Origin: an uncultured Bacteroidota bacterium
GTDB taxonomy: Bacteria; Bacteroidota; Ignavibacteria; UBA10030; UBA6906
NCBI GenBank assembly: GCA_963700635.1
Contig: CAVOYH010000004.1
Coordinates: 224,001 to 288,000, forward strand
Length of the DNA stretch: 64,000 bases
Reading direction: 5' to 3'
Below, piece after piece: positions 51,073 to 61,191 of this stretch. Every line of letters begins with the position of its first letter. Within the stretch, counting starts at the first letter, position 1. A program made the position numbers and the translations under genes. Under the pieces are notes generated by a model. The model was given only the letters and a program-made list of their open reading frames with translations. It was not told the origin of the DNA and made no database searches.

Positions 51073-53565
51073 TCATCGCAGGAGAAGCATTTTTATGCTC
51101 TCCATGAAAGGTGTATGGCCGTCGGCTCCCGTCGGGACGGCAGTAACGCGGCAGATGTAGATGCCGGTCGCCATTGATGCGCCGTCCCAGACATACCGGT
51201 GATATCCCGGCGGGAGCGCCGCCCGGACCAGCACCGCCACTTCTCTCCCGAGTGCGTCGTACACAGACACCGAGATCATGCTGGCAACGGGGAGGCCGAC
51301 CGTTATCGAAGTGCTCGGATTAAACGGGTTTGGATAGTTCTGGCCCAAGAGAAATTCTGATGGGACAGGATCATTCACTGCCGGGATATTCAGGAGTGGA
51401 TCTTTACCTTCTCCGTGCAGAGGGATAGCATACACGCCGGCGCTGGTATGGAGCGAAAGTGTGTCCTCATAGATTTGAATTGCCAGCGGAAGGAAGCGCA
51501 CGGAGAGAAGCAGACTATCGTCCTCCCGGACCACGACCGGGGCATCAACGTTAACTGTGAACGCGCTTCCGCTGACAATCATTCTATCAATCGTTATCGG
51601 GATACCAGACGGATTATGGATCGTCACGGCTCTGACAGCCGAGTCTCCGATGGCAAGAACGCCAAAATCAAGGTCGGGGGCTGAGATGACCAGCGTCGGA
51701 ACCGCCGACATCCCCCGTAATATAACTCTTCGTATGATCCCCTGTAACGAGTCTTCTGATCGTATTTCCAGTGTATCGATCATGCTGCCCAGGGAGTCCG
51801 GACTAAACCGCAGGGGGAGAACGAACGTACCGAGCGCCGGAAGGAGGACAGGCCCCGTTGTATCGGCAGCAAATTGGGTGCTGCGCGTGGGGAAGGATGT
51901 CAGCGTGACGTCATGGGTGGTTGGGTTAGAGATTACCACATGTGTCCGCGCCGTGTCATCGGGCGTACACACGCCGAACAGTACCGTGTCGCGTTGAGGA
52001 ACAAATGCAGTCGTTTGCCAGGGTGCGCTGAAGATACGGTATGTGAACTCAAGCTCGCGCATGTCAAGCTCATACACGACTGTTCCGTTTGGCGTCACCT
52101 CTGCGGCGATGGGATTGGCGGACCCCCAGCCGATCAGGGTGTTGCCGTTGGGGAGCCGCTGCGTACTTCCCATTGCCCACCCCAGAACGGCCTGGTTGGC
52201 ATTGTACTCCCACACCTTGGTTGCGACCCGGGTTGTTTCATCGATCGCATACTCCACCGCCCGGGAATAACCCCGGAAGGTGCCGTTGTCATGGATGGTG
52301 ATGTTACCGTTCGGCAGGTGATAGGCCGTGTGCTGGTGGTCAATCCAGCCTGCATTGTCATGGATGGTAAACTGGTTGTTCTTCCCTCCCAGCCGCCACA
52401 TGATCTCGCCTGTCGAGCGGCTGATTTTTGTGACCTCATCAATGTTCCGGGAAGAGATCATGATGTTGCCGTTCACATCGATATCAATCGAGTTCCCGTG
52501 CACGTAGTCGATTTCCCATGCGGTAAGGTCCTCCTGTGTGGCATCGGTGATCTTCAGGTGATCCCAGCTCCGCCATTCGAACACCACGTTCTTGTCGCGG
52601 TCGATCTCCTGAATGATAAGTCCCCACACAAGCGCCGTCGGGTGGCCTCCGGGAACGACCGTGTCCATGCCGACTGTCTCCGCATCATAACTCATGACGT
52701 ACGCATGTCCGTCGGGCAATACCCGCAGTTCATGTTCGTTTGTTGAATATCCATTACCGCAATAAAACGAATCGGCCATGTGGTATGCGCTGTCGAGCCC
52801 GTAGAAGACCTGCGCGTATTCGTCAAAATACGTCAGGAGTCCATTGGGTTGGACCTTAAAATCCCAGGCGAAGGCCTTCCGGTAGAATGCGGGGGATCCG
52901 TCACGATAGAGAATCATCATGTATTGCGGCGTTGAGTCCGGTCCCCATGAGAAGTTGCCGAGGAACAATGGATCTCCCGTCGGAGTGTTATTGCGGAGAA
53001 CGCGGATCGGGGGAAAATCCGGAGGCAGTTCGCCTGTGGCGTTACCCGGATACGCCCGGTCGTTTGCTCCGATACTCTGCCGTGGTGCCCGGTGTGACTG
53101 TAGTGCACTGCTGCCCGGCCGCGGAGCATGGCGGGCCTTTCGGATTTCCCTTGTCGAGGTTACAAATGTATAGGAAAGCCCGGAGATCACGTGACCGGTC
53201 GTTGTTCGTAAGCCCCCGCCGATATGCACATGAACCGTCTCGGCCTGCATAAATGCTGGATCGGGAATGCACACGACCGTCACGCCATCATCGGAGAGTT
53301 TTGTGGTAACACGATGGACACCGCTTTTTGAGCCCAGCGCCGACACGCGCAGTTCGCCGAGGCTGGCGGCAGCGATGGGCGCTCCCTGACGGAAAGCGAT
53401 CGTCGTGCCTGGATTAACCCGGGTTGCGCCCGGGAGCGGAGAAACATAATCAAACGAGGGGATTCTCGCAGAGTCCGGAAGGACGTCAGGGGGGAAGAAC
53501 AGGGGAAGACAGAGCACCATACAGGCGGAAACCGGACGTACGATGTTCACTGATCGAACAGCCAT
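51073..53565 (-). CDS. Aryl-sulfate sulfotransferase (ASST-like) paralog with Ig-like domains and T9SS domain
   Basis: NEHEL, DYVHGNS, WRLGGK, HQH, HDNG and GSTQRLPNGNTLIGWG motifs; QNYPNPFNP. Confidence 0.88.
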   Translation of the reverse strand: MAVRSVNIVRPVSACMVLCLPLFFPPDVLPDSARIPSFDYVSPLPGATRVNPGTTIAFRQGAPIAAASLGELRVSALGSKSGVHRVTTKLSDDGVTVVCIPDPAFMQAETVHVHIGGGLRTTTGHVISGLSYTFVTSTREIRKARHAPRPGSSALQSHRAPRQSIGANDRAYPGNATGELPPDFPPIRVLRNNTPTGDPLFLGNFSWGPDSTPQYMMILYRDGSPAFYRKAFAWDFKVQPNGLLTYFDEYAQVFYGLDSAYHMADSFYCGNGYSTNEHELRVLPDGHAYVMSYDAETVGMDTVVPGGHPTALVWGLIIQEIDRDKNVVFEWRSWDHLKITDATQEDLTAWEIDYVHGNSIDIDVNGNIMISSRNIDEVTKISRSTGEIMWRLGGKNNQFTIHDNAGWIDHQHTAYHLPNGNITIHDNGTFRGYSRAVEYAIDETTRVATKVWEYNANQAVLGWAMGSTQRLPNGNTLIGWGSANPIAAEVTPNGTVVYELDMRELEFTYRIFSAPWQTTAFVPQRDTVLFGVCTPDDTARTHVVISNPTTHDVTLTSFPTRSTQFAADTTGPVLLPALGTFVLPLRFSPDSLGSMIDTLEIRSEDSLQGIIRRVILRGMSAVPTLVISAPDLDFGVLAIGDSAVRAVTIHNPSGIPITIDRMIVSGSAFTVNVDAPVVVREDDSLLLSVRFLPLAIQIYEDTLSLHTSAGVYAIPLHGEGKDPLLNIPAVNDPVPSEFLLGQNYPNPFNPSTSITVGLPVASMISVSVYDALGREVAVLVRAALPPGYHRYVWDGASMATGIYICRVTAVPTGADGHTPFMESIKMLLLR

Positions 53566-53817
53566 GGTCAGAACAGCTTTCGGCTAAGAGTATGATAAAG
53601 TTTGCGGCCGTAGGTCGCATGGAATCTCCCCCTCCCCCGCTTCGAATATACCAAAACTTGCGCTGGTATACGGCCGTGATATGCCAATCAACGTACAAAA
53701 AAAAGGTGCCATCGAATATGGGGATGCCCGTTGCTTTTCGGGGCAAAACAAAATACCTTATATTGGCCATAAACCCACAGTATTAGCATGATTGACGTCG
53801 TTGGGGGGGAACAGAAA

Positions 53818-54054
53818 ATGGTATCTCAGCGCTTTGTCGTGTTTGTTGTCTTGATAGCCGCCGTGTCCGTGGTCCCGCAGATGCTCACTGGCCAGACATC
53901 CTGGCTGAGGTCTCCGGACTATCTGCTTCCCGAATCGGGGTTGGTTGAGCCGTCGCTTCTCTACAACAGCTCCGGCCTTCAGAGTGGAGTGTATTTCTAT
54001 CGCCTGCAGACTGGAAACTTCATTTCAATAAAACGGATGATGATTCTGAGATGA
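53818..54054 (+). pseudogene. Collapsed T9SS cargo gene (signal peptide fused in frame to the tail of the sorting domain)
   Basis: MVSQRFVVFVVLIAAVS.. is followed within about 55 aa by SSGLQSGVYFYRLQTGNFISIKRMMILR. Confidence 0.7.
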
Positions 54055-54072
54055 TACGAAAGATCTCGGCAC

Positions 54073-54979
54073 GTGCTTAGAAACCTGGAAGTCCTTCTTA
54101 ACACACGGCTCTTCGTGCTGGGCGGTACCGAGTTTACGGCGTGGACCGTGCTCTATGTGGCCCTCCTCGTCATCGTGTTGATCCTCATCTCTCGATGGCT
54201 CAAACGGTGGCTGGTCCACAAGATTCTCGCGCGGAGAGAGATTGACATAGGTGTGCGCCAGGCGTTCGCAGCGATCATCCAGTATCTCTTTCGTGCTTAT
54301 CGGCGTTCTTGTTATCCTGGGCACTGCGGGGATTGATCTCACCACGTTGAACGTCCTTGCAGGAGCCGTCGGTATTGGTGTCGGATTCGGGCTGCAAACC
54401 ATAACGAACAACTTCATCAGTGGGCTGATCATCCTGTTTGAACGCCCGGTGAAGGTGGGTGACAGGATTCAGGTGGGGGATGTGACCGGCGATGTTGTCC
54501 GGATCGGCGCCCGGGCAACGACGATCAGAACCAACGATAATATTGAGATCATTGTTCCGAATGCTGATTTTATCTCCTCTCAGGTGATCAACTGGAGTCA
54601 TTCGGACAGGGAGGTGCGATTGCACATTCCCGTGGGCGTTTCGTACTCTTCCAACCCGGAGGAAGTGCGCGATATTCTCCTCGAGGTTGCCGCGTCGCAT
54701 CATGGGGTCCTCACGCATCCACCGCCTGATGTAGTTTTTATGGAGTTTGGTGACAGTTCATTGAACTTCGATCTGAGAGTATGGACGAGCGACTACATTA
54801 CCAAACCAAAAATCCTCCGCAGCGACCTGAATTTTGCGATCCGGAAGGAATTTCGGTCACGGGGAGTCGAAATCCCATTCCCACAGCGTGACATTCACGT
54901 AAGGTCGGGAGGGCTTGTTCTCCATAAGGAGAGCAGAAGGACGCTCCCGATTTACACTACTAGAAAGAAATCTCCATGA
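54073..54979 (+). pseudogene. MscS-family mechanosensitive channel, frameshifted near 54290
   Basis: GIGVGFGLQ..NNFISG..ERPVKVGD motif. An extra T in CTCTTTCGTG splits the TM region from the core. Confidence 0.82.
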
Positions 54980-56952
54980 GAAACGTAACGGGAAAGTGGT
55001 TTTCCTGCCGGGTGTTGCTGTACACAACTTTCGCGATGGTGTTCTTTCACGCGAACAGTGTTCTCGCGCAAACCGACTCGCTGGCGATGCAGCGTCCCCC
55101 TCAGGGTGCGCCGGTATTGATGGAGGGTGACACACTGTTTTTTGTCCGGGCAAGCCTCGGACCTTTTACGCCTGAGGTGAGGGCAGCCGCGATCAATGAG
55201 AAGCTCAGTTTGATTGTCAAACAGGGGAAAGGTGATTCCCTTGTTGTTGTGGAGACAGGCGCGGGGTCAAATATCATGTCAGACAGCGTCGTGATCATGG
55301 CAGTCACTGATGACGATGCCGTTCTGGCGGGTTTGCCGCGCGCGGAAGTTGCCGCAGGGTACGCTGCCATCCTGGGGAAGCATATACGCGGCGACATTGA
55401 CCGGTACAGCTCAAAATCTCTCCTTGTCGGCAGCGGAATTACCGTCGGCCTCCTCCTGATCCTTGTACTCGCTTTCTGGGGGATGCGCAAGGTGTTTCCC
55501 CTTCTGTACGCCAAACTGGAGTTGTGGGAGGGGAGCGTCATCAGACCGATCCGGTTCCGGTCGCAGGAGATTCTGAGTGCCGAGAGCATATCGGCCTTCT
55601 TTATCGTGCTGGTCAAGGGTGTTCGACTCGCTATCACGCTCGCCCTCATCTATTTCTTCATAACGTATACACTTTCACTCTTTCCCTGGACGCAGCGCTG
55701 GAATGTCAAGCCTGTGCTCATCGGGATCTTTCTCAGCATCCTTACCACCACGGCGGCGTTTGTCCTGTTGAAGGCGATAAACTCCTTCTTCGGGATGTTG
55801 ATCGGAAAGATTGGTGGTTGGAAGGGGACCGTCATAAAGTCGGTCAAGCTAAAAACGGTCGAGGTCCTTTCGGAGGAACGGATCGCCGAGATTGTTGAAG
55901 GCGGGTTCAAAATTCTCAAACTGTTCTGCTTCGCTGTGCTCGGCTACTTTTACGTGACGATCCTGTTCAGTTTTTTTGCGTTCACGCAAACATGGGCCGG
56001 GATCTTGTTCGGGTATATCGTCAACCCGCTGTGGGACGTGATCACGTCCTTCGTGAACTATTTACCAAATCTCTTCTTCATTCTCGTTATCGTCTATGTC
56101 ACCCGGTACGTCCTGAAATTTGTGAAACTCATTTTTGACGAGATTGCCAGGGGCACGCTTGCCCTGCCGGGGTTCTATGGTGAATGGGCAGATCCGACGT
56201 ATAAAATCGTCCGATTCCTGATTCTCGCATTTTCCGTCATTGTGATCTTTCCCTATCTTCCGGGATCGGATTCCCCGATCTTTCAAGGCGTGTCGGTATT
56301 CCTGGGCGTGTTGTTTTCGCTCGGCTCGACGTCGGCCATCGCGAATGTCGTGGCAGGCATCGTGCTCACATACATGCGCCCCTTCAGGATCGGTGACCGG
56401 GTAAAAATCGCCGATACGATCGGTGACATAAGGGAGAAGAACCTCCTGGTGACACGGGTCCGGACAATCAAGAATGTGGATATTACGATTCCGAATGCGA
56501 TGGTTCTCAGCAGCCACATCATCAACTTCAGCTCGTCCGCCAAGAATCCGGGACTTATTCTCCACACCGGGGTCACCATCGGGTACGATGTGCCATGGAA
56601 GACGGTACACGAGCTGCTCATTGCCGCGGCCGATGCAACGAGCAATATCCAGAAAGAACCCAAGCCGTACGTGCTGCAGACGAGCCTTGATGACTTTTAT
56701 GTGAGTTATGAGCTAAACGCATACACAAACGAACCAAACACGATGGCGAGAATTTACTCCGAATTGCACCAGAACATCCAGAACAAGTTCAATGAAGCCG
56801 GAGTGGAAATCCTGTCGCCGCATTACGCGGCAGTGAGAGATGGAAATCAGGTGACAATACCGGAACAGTATCTTCCGAAGTCGTATCAGGCGCCTGCGTT
56901 TCGTCTCTTCCCGCTCGGCGATACGGGGAACAAACCACCCCGGCCGGATTAA
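54976..56952 (+). CDS. Large MscS-family mechanosensitive channel
   Basis: Periplasmic N-terminal domain, multiple TMs, and RPFRIGDRVKI, IPN and TIGYDVPW motifs. Confidence 0.9.
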   Translation: MRNVTGKWFSCRVLLYTTFAMVFFHANSVLAQTDSLAMQRPPQGAPVLMEGDTLFFVRASLGPFTPEVRAAAINEKLSLIVKQGKGDSLVVVETGAGSNIMSDSVVIMAVTDDDAVLAGLPRAEVAAGYAAILGKHIRGDIDRYSSKSLLVGSGITVGLLLILVLAFWGMRKVFPLLYAKLELWEGSVIRPIRFRSQEILSAESISAFFIVLVKGVRLAITLALIYFFITYTLSLFPWTQRWNVKPVLIGIFLSILTTTAAFVLLKAINSFFGMLIGKIGGWKGTVIKSVKLKTVEVLSEERIAEIVEGGFKILKLFCFAVLGYFYVTILFSFFAFTQTWAGILFGYIVNPLWDVITSFVNYLPNLFFILVIVYVTRYVLKFVKLIFDEIARGTLALPGFYGEWADPTYKIVRFLILAFSVIVIFPYLPGSDSPIFQGVSVFLGVLFSLGSTSAIANVVAGIVLTYMRPFRIGDRVKIADTIGDIREKNLLVTRVRTIKNVDITIPNAMVLSSHIINFSSSAKNPGLILHTGVTIGYDVPWKTVHELLIAAADATSNIQKEPKPYVLQTSLDDFYVSYELNAYTNEPNTMARIYSELHQNIQNKFNEAGVEILSPHYAAVRDGNQVTIPEQYLPKSYQAPAFRLFPLGDTGNKPPRPD

Positions 56953-56982
56953 ACGCAGCGAGCCCAGAACGGAAGTCCTGCA

Positions 56983-58224
56983 TTGACAATCTTTCAGACG
57001 ATCGCCCTGCTGCTGACATTTGCCGCGCTGGCGGGCTATTGTAACCACAAATTTCTGCGGCTCCCCCGGACGATCGGGCTGATGGTCATCGCGCTGTCGT
57101 TGTCGCTGGTGATGGTCATTCTCGGCGCGTTCGGTGTCATCGACCTGGCAGGCGCCACAACATTCGTTCAGGCAATAGATTTCAGCGAGACCCTTTTGCA
57201 CGGGATGCTGGCGTTTCTCCTTTTTGCCGGAGCGCTGCACGTAGATTTGAACGAACTCAGGACTCAGGCGCTGCCGGTTACGGTGCTTGCGACCGTGGGA
57301 GTGATGATCGCCACGTTTATCACGGGATCCTTACTCTGGATCGTTGCGCAGTGGATGGGTATCGGACTTCCGTTTGTCTATGCGCTCCTGTTCGGCGCGC
57401 TGATATCTCCCACGGATCCGATTGCCGTGCTGGGAATTCTGAAGCGTGTGGGTGCTCCGAAAAGTCTCGAGACGAAGATTACCGGCGAATCACTCTTTAA
57501 TGATGGCGTGGGTGTGGTGATATTCCTTACAATTCTGGGGGTCGCGCTTGGCCGTCAGGAGCCGGACATCGGTCAGATTGCAGGATTTTTGCTCAAGGAA
57601 GCTGCCGGAGGAGCCCTGCTTGGTCTGCTCCTCGGCTGGGTGTTCTACCGGCTGCTCAAATCTGTGGACCTTTACCAGGTTGAGGTGCTGCTGACGCTTT
57701 CGCTGGCAGCAGGAGGATATTCCCTGGCTGAAGCCATCCATGTCTCGGCGCCTATTGCCATTGTCGTGGCCGGCCTCTTTATCGGCAACCATGGACGCGC
57801 CTTTGCCATGTCCGAGACAACGCGTGAGCATCTTGACACATTCTGGGAACTGGTGGATGAAATCCTGAATGCCGTTCTTTTTGTCATCATCGGACTGGAA
57901 TTCCTGGCTGTCAGGCTGGATGCCGCCTATCTGATCATCGCACTGTCTGCAATTCTTATCGTGCTGCTTGCCCGGTATGTCAGTGTTGCAGGACTCGTGT
58001 CGGTCATGCGTTTCAGGCACACGTTCAGCAAAGGGGTTACGGAAATATTGACCTGGGGCGGTTTGCGGGGGGGTATCTCCATTGCCCTCGCCCTCTCGAT
58101 ACCGATGGTGCCTGAACGCCAGGTTATCCTTGCGGCGACGTATGTTGTTGTGATTTTTTCAGTCCTCGTGCAGGGGCTGACCATCGGAAGAGTCATTGCT
58201 TCGCGCAATGCTCCTTCAGCGTAA
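56983..58224 (+). CDS. nhaP: Na+/H+ antiporter, CPA1 family
   Basis: SPTDPIAV, GESLFNDGVG and WGGLRGGIS motifs. Confidence 0.92.
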   Translation: MTIFQTIALLLTFAALAGYCNHKFLRLPRTIGLMVIALSLSLVMVILGAFGVIDLAGATTFVQAIDFSETLLHGMLAFLLFAGALHVDLNELRTQALPVTVLATVGVMIATFITGSLLWIVAQWMGIGLPFVYALLFGALISPTDPIAVLGILKRVGAPKSLETKITGESLFNDGVGVVIFLTILGVALGRQEPDIGQIAGFLLKEAAGGALLGLLLGWVFYRLLKSVDLYQVEVLLTLSLAAGGYSLAEAIHVSAPIAIVVAGLFIGNHGRAFAMSETTREHLDTFWELVDEILNAVLFVIIGLEFLAVRLDAAYLIIALSAILIVLLARYVSVAGLVSVMRFRHTFSKGVTEILTWGGLRGGISIALALSIPMVPERQVILAATYVVVIFSVLVQGLTIGRVIASRNAPSA

Positions 58225-58275
58225 TACAAAGAATGTACACCATATGCCCTTGAACCTCACCCATTGGAGACACCC

Positions 58276-59325
58276 ATGATCAAACCAGCTCACAGATTCC
58301 TTCTTCCTGCCGTTCTGCTCGTCGTGATGATCTTCAGTTCCGTCCATGGACGCGCCCAGGATGACCCGGTGTACGATGAACTCAAAAGCACATTCAAGAA
58401 GAAGTACCTGAGCATCGGCATTCTTTTTCAGGGAGTTGCCGATTTTCAGCTGGAGAGGAGTTTTTCGGGAAACAACGGTTTTAATGTTTCCAACGCGAGG
58501 GTCACTTTCTCAGGGGAACTCGACAACGGCTTCGGGTATCTGCTCAAAACAAACATCATCAAATCTCCTGCGGTTGTTGACGCGAAAATGTATTACACTA
58601 TCACACCCCACCTCAGTGTCGACGTGGGCTTGTTCAAGCCACCGTTCAGCAGGGAATACCTGACAGGCGCCGGTGCTATCGACTTTGTCAACCGGTCTCA
58701 GGTTGTGAGCGCGCTCGCCGGGCGGCGACAAATCGGGGTGCAGCTGCGGGGGACAGGATCCGACAAGGTTGTTTCGTGCGGAGTGGGGATGTTTAATGGT
58801 AATGGATTCGACGGAAACAACAATGATAACAATGAATTCATGTACGTTGCCCGTCTTGCCATATCACCCCGCGTGCCGGGTCAAAGCGAGGGTAACAGCA
58901 GCCTGGAGATTGCCGCAAACGGGGCATTCAGCAACGACAATGGCGCAACAATCGGCTCGGGAGCCATTCCGTTGTTCGACGGACAGCGGTTTGTGTACGG
59001 TGGAGATTTCCGGTGGAGAAGCTACGACTTCCTGTTGAGCGGGGAAGCAATCGGCGCCCGGCTGAAACAACGGGGCGGCAGCACGCATAATCCGTTCGGA
59101 TATCACTGCACGGCCGGGTATATGGTGAGTGGTTCTTCACAGGTTCTCCTCCGGTGGGAGAGTTTTCGCGCGGATGGACTGGCCGCGGACAGCCACCTCC
59201 TTGTATTCGGATACAATCTCTGGCCGACGAGTGTAACCGAATTGCAGGTGAACTATGTCATACCCACGTCACACGGAAATGCGAAGAACCATCAGATCCT
59301 TGTGAATGCACAACTTGAGTTTTGA
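58276..59325 (+). CDS. Outer-membrane porin (OprO/OprP-like)
   Basis: Signal peptide; GLFKPPFSRE and GMFNGNG motifs; C-terminal Phe. Confidence 0.75.
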   Translation: MIKPAHRFLLPAVLLVVMIFSSVHGRAQDDPVYDELKSTFKKKYLSIGILFQGVADFQLERSFSGNNGFNVSNARVTFSGELDNGFGYLLKTNIIKSPAVVDAKMYYTITPHLSVDVGLFKPPFSREYLTGAGAIDFVNRSQVVSALAGRRQIGVQLRGTGSDKVVSCGVGMFNGNGFDGNNNDNNEFMYVARLAISPRVPGQSEGNSSLEIAANGAFSNDNGATIGSGAIPLFDGQRFVYGGDFRWRSYDFLLSGEAIGARLKQRGGSTHNPFGYHCTAGYMVSGSSQVLLRWESFRADGLAADSHLLVFGYNLWPTSVTELQVNYVIPTSHGNAKNHQILVNAQLEF

Positions 59326-59334
59326 GAGAGGTCG

Positions 59335-60237
59335 ATGACGGTGGAACAATCTCTGGAACATATCTTTATCGATCCCACGCTGGGAAAGATCGTCGCTGTT
59401 GCGATTGGTATTGCCATCATCCTGACGATCGCCAAGATTCTCAAGCGTACGCTGACGCGGTACATCAAGGAGTCGGATACCCGCTACAGGGTACGGAAAG
59501 TCCTCACCTTCCTTTCCTATCTCGCCATTCTTGTGTTTCTGACCGTGCTTTTCAGCGACCAGCTGGGAGGGCTCACGGTGGCATTCGGTGTGGCAGGTGC
59601 GGGAATAGCATTTGCTCTGCAGGAGGTGATCGCAAGCTTCGCCGGATGGGTTGCAATTTCGTTCGGCGGGTTCTATAAGATCGGCGATCGTGTTCAACTG
59701 GGCGGCATCAAGGGGGATGTGATTGACATCGGTGTGCTCCGCTCAACCGTCATGGAAGTCGGGGAGTGGGTGAAGGGCGACCTGTACAACGGACGTGTCG
59801 TACGGATCGCCAACAGTTTCGTATTCAAGGAACCGGTGTTTAATTACTCGGGTGATTTTCCATTCTTATGGGATGAAATTGTCATTCCGGTAAAATACGG
59901 ATCGGACTATCGTGCTGCCCGGGCCGTGCTTGAGCGTGTGGCTCAGGAAATCACCGGCGACTTTGCCAGGGAGGCCCAGATCTCGTGGAAGACAATGGTT
60001 GATAAGTTTATGATCGAAGATGCCCGCGTGGAACCGTCGGTCACCCTGGTCGCCAATGACAACTGGATGGAATTCACCGTCCGGTACGTTGTGGACTATA
60101 AGAATCGCCGTACGACGAAGGACGTTCTCTTTCAGAGAATTCTGGAAGAGATTGACCGGGCGAAGGGAAAGATCGCTCTTGCATCCGCGACGTTTGAGGT
60201 TGTGGGCATCCCACCGGTAAAGATCAAAAGAACATAG
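59335..60237 (+). CDS. MscS-family mechanosensitive channel
   Basis: GAGIAFALQE and IGDRVQLGGIKGDVIDIG motifs. Confidence 0.9.
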   Translation: MTVEQSLEHIFIDPTLGKIVAVAIGIAIILTIAKILKRTLTRYIKESDTRYRVRKVLTFLSYLAILVFLTVLFSDQLGGLTVAFGVAGAGIAFALQEVIASFAGWVAISFGGFYKIGDRVQLGGIKGDVIDIGVLRSTVMEVGEWVKGDLYNGRVVRIANSFVFKEPVFNYSGDFPFLWDEIVIPVKYGSDYRAARAVLERVAQEITGDFAREAQISWKTMVDKFMIEDARVEPSVTLVANDNWMEFTVRYVVDYKNRRTTKDVLFQRILEEIDRAKGKIALASATFEVVGIPPVKIKRT

Positions 60238-60287
60238 ACGCTTTCACGATAATTGAACTGTTTCGTTTCACATGAACGGGTGCGACC

Positions 60288-61142
60288 ATGCTAAATTATC
60301 AAATCAAGAATATCCTTGTCCCGACTGATTTTTCCGTCAGTGCCAGCTACGCGATGCAGCATGCGGAGCTGATTGCAAAACGGACCAAGGCCAGGATCAC
60401 ACTTGTGCACGTGATCGAACCGGTGAATGACGGGGTTGGGACCAGCGGCATGCTGGGTGTCGCAAAACAGATGGAAGAGAAGTTGCAGAAAGAAAGAAAA
60501 CGGAAACTCGCGCGGGTCGCGCACGCGGCAAAAAAACGATCGGCCGTAATCGTGGACAGTGTCGTCGTGGTGGGTCGTATCACAGCGATGCTCTCAAAGG
60601 CGATCACGGAAATGAACGCTGACCTTGTCGTCATGGGAACGCATGGTGTAAGCGGGTTTGTAGAAAACCTCCTGGGGAGCAACACGTACCGGGTCGCTTC
60701 ACTGACAAAAGTCCCGTTATTAAGTGTGCATAAGAAGATAGGCCCTGCCGGATACAAACATATCGTGTATCCCGTCCGTGACTACGCGCGTGTCCTCAAG
60801 AAGCTGGATCACACGATTCTGTTCGCCCGTCTTTTCAAGGCAAGGGTCCATATCATCGGACTTCTCAAACCCGGCCAGAAGGAGCACGAGAATGAAATGC
60901 GATCGCAGTGCACGTCGGTTCAGAAACGGTTTGCCGAGAATAAGATTACGGCGGAAATAACCTACACCTCCGACAGCTTCTTCCCGGAGGCGGCCATCCG
61001 GTTTGCCCACACGCATCCAGCTTCTCTGGTCGTAACGGTACAGGATGCAGACTTCCATCTCGTTGAGCTGTTCCAGGGAACATTTACAAAAAGAGTGCTT
61101 CATAAGATCCTTGCTCCGGTGCTCACCGTCCCGGGCAACTGA
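60288..61142 (+). CDS. Universal stress protein (tandem USP)
   Basis: ILVPTDFS and DLVVMGTHG..LLGS motifs. Confidence 0.9.
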   Translation: MLNYQIKNILVPTDFSVSASYAMQHAELIAKRTKARITLVHVIEPVNDGVGTSGMLGVAKQMEEKLQKERKRKLARVAHAAKKRSAVIVDSVVVVGRITAMLSKAITEMNADLVVMGTHGVSGFVENLLGSNTYRVASLTKVPLLSVHKKIGPAGYKHIVYPVRDYARVLKKLDHTILFARLFKARVHIIGLLKPGQKEHENEMRSQCTSVQKRFAENKITAEITYTSDSFFPEAAIRFAHTHPASLVVTVQDADFHLVELFQGTFTKRVLHKILAPVLTVPGN

Positions 61143-61191
61143 CCGAGCAGTCAGCTGTTGCCCGTTTCGATTACATCCAGGAGTTTTCTCT

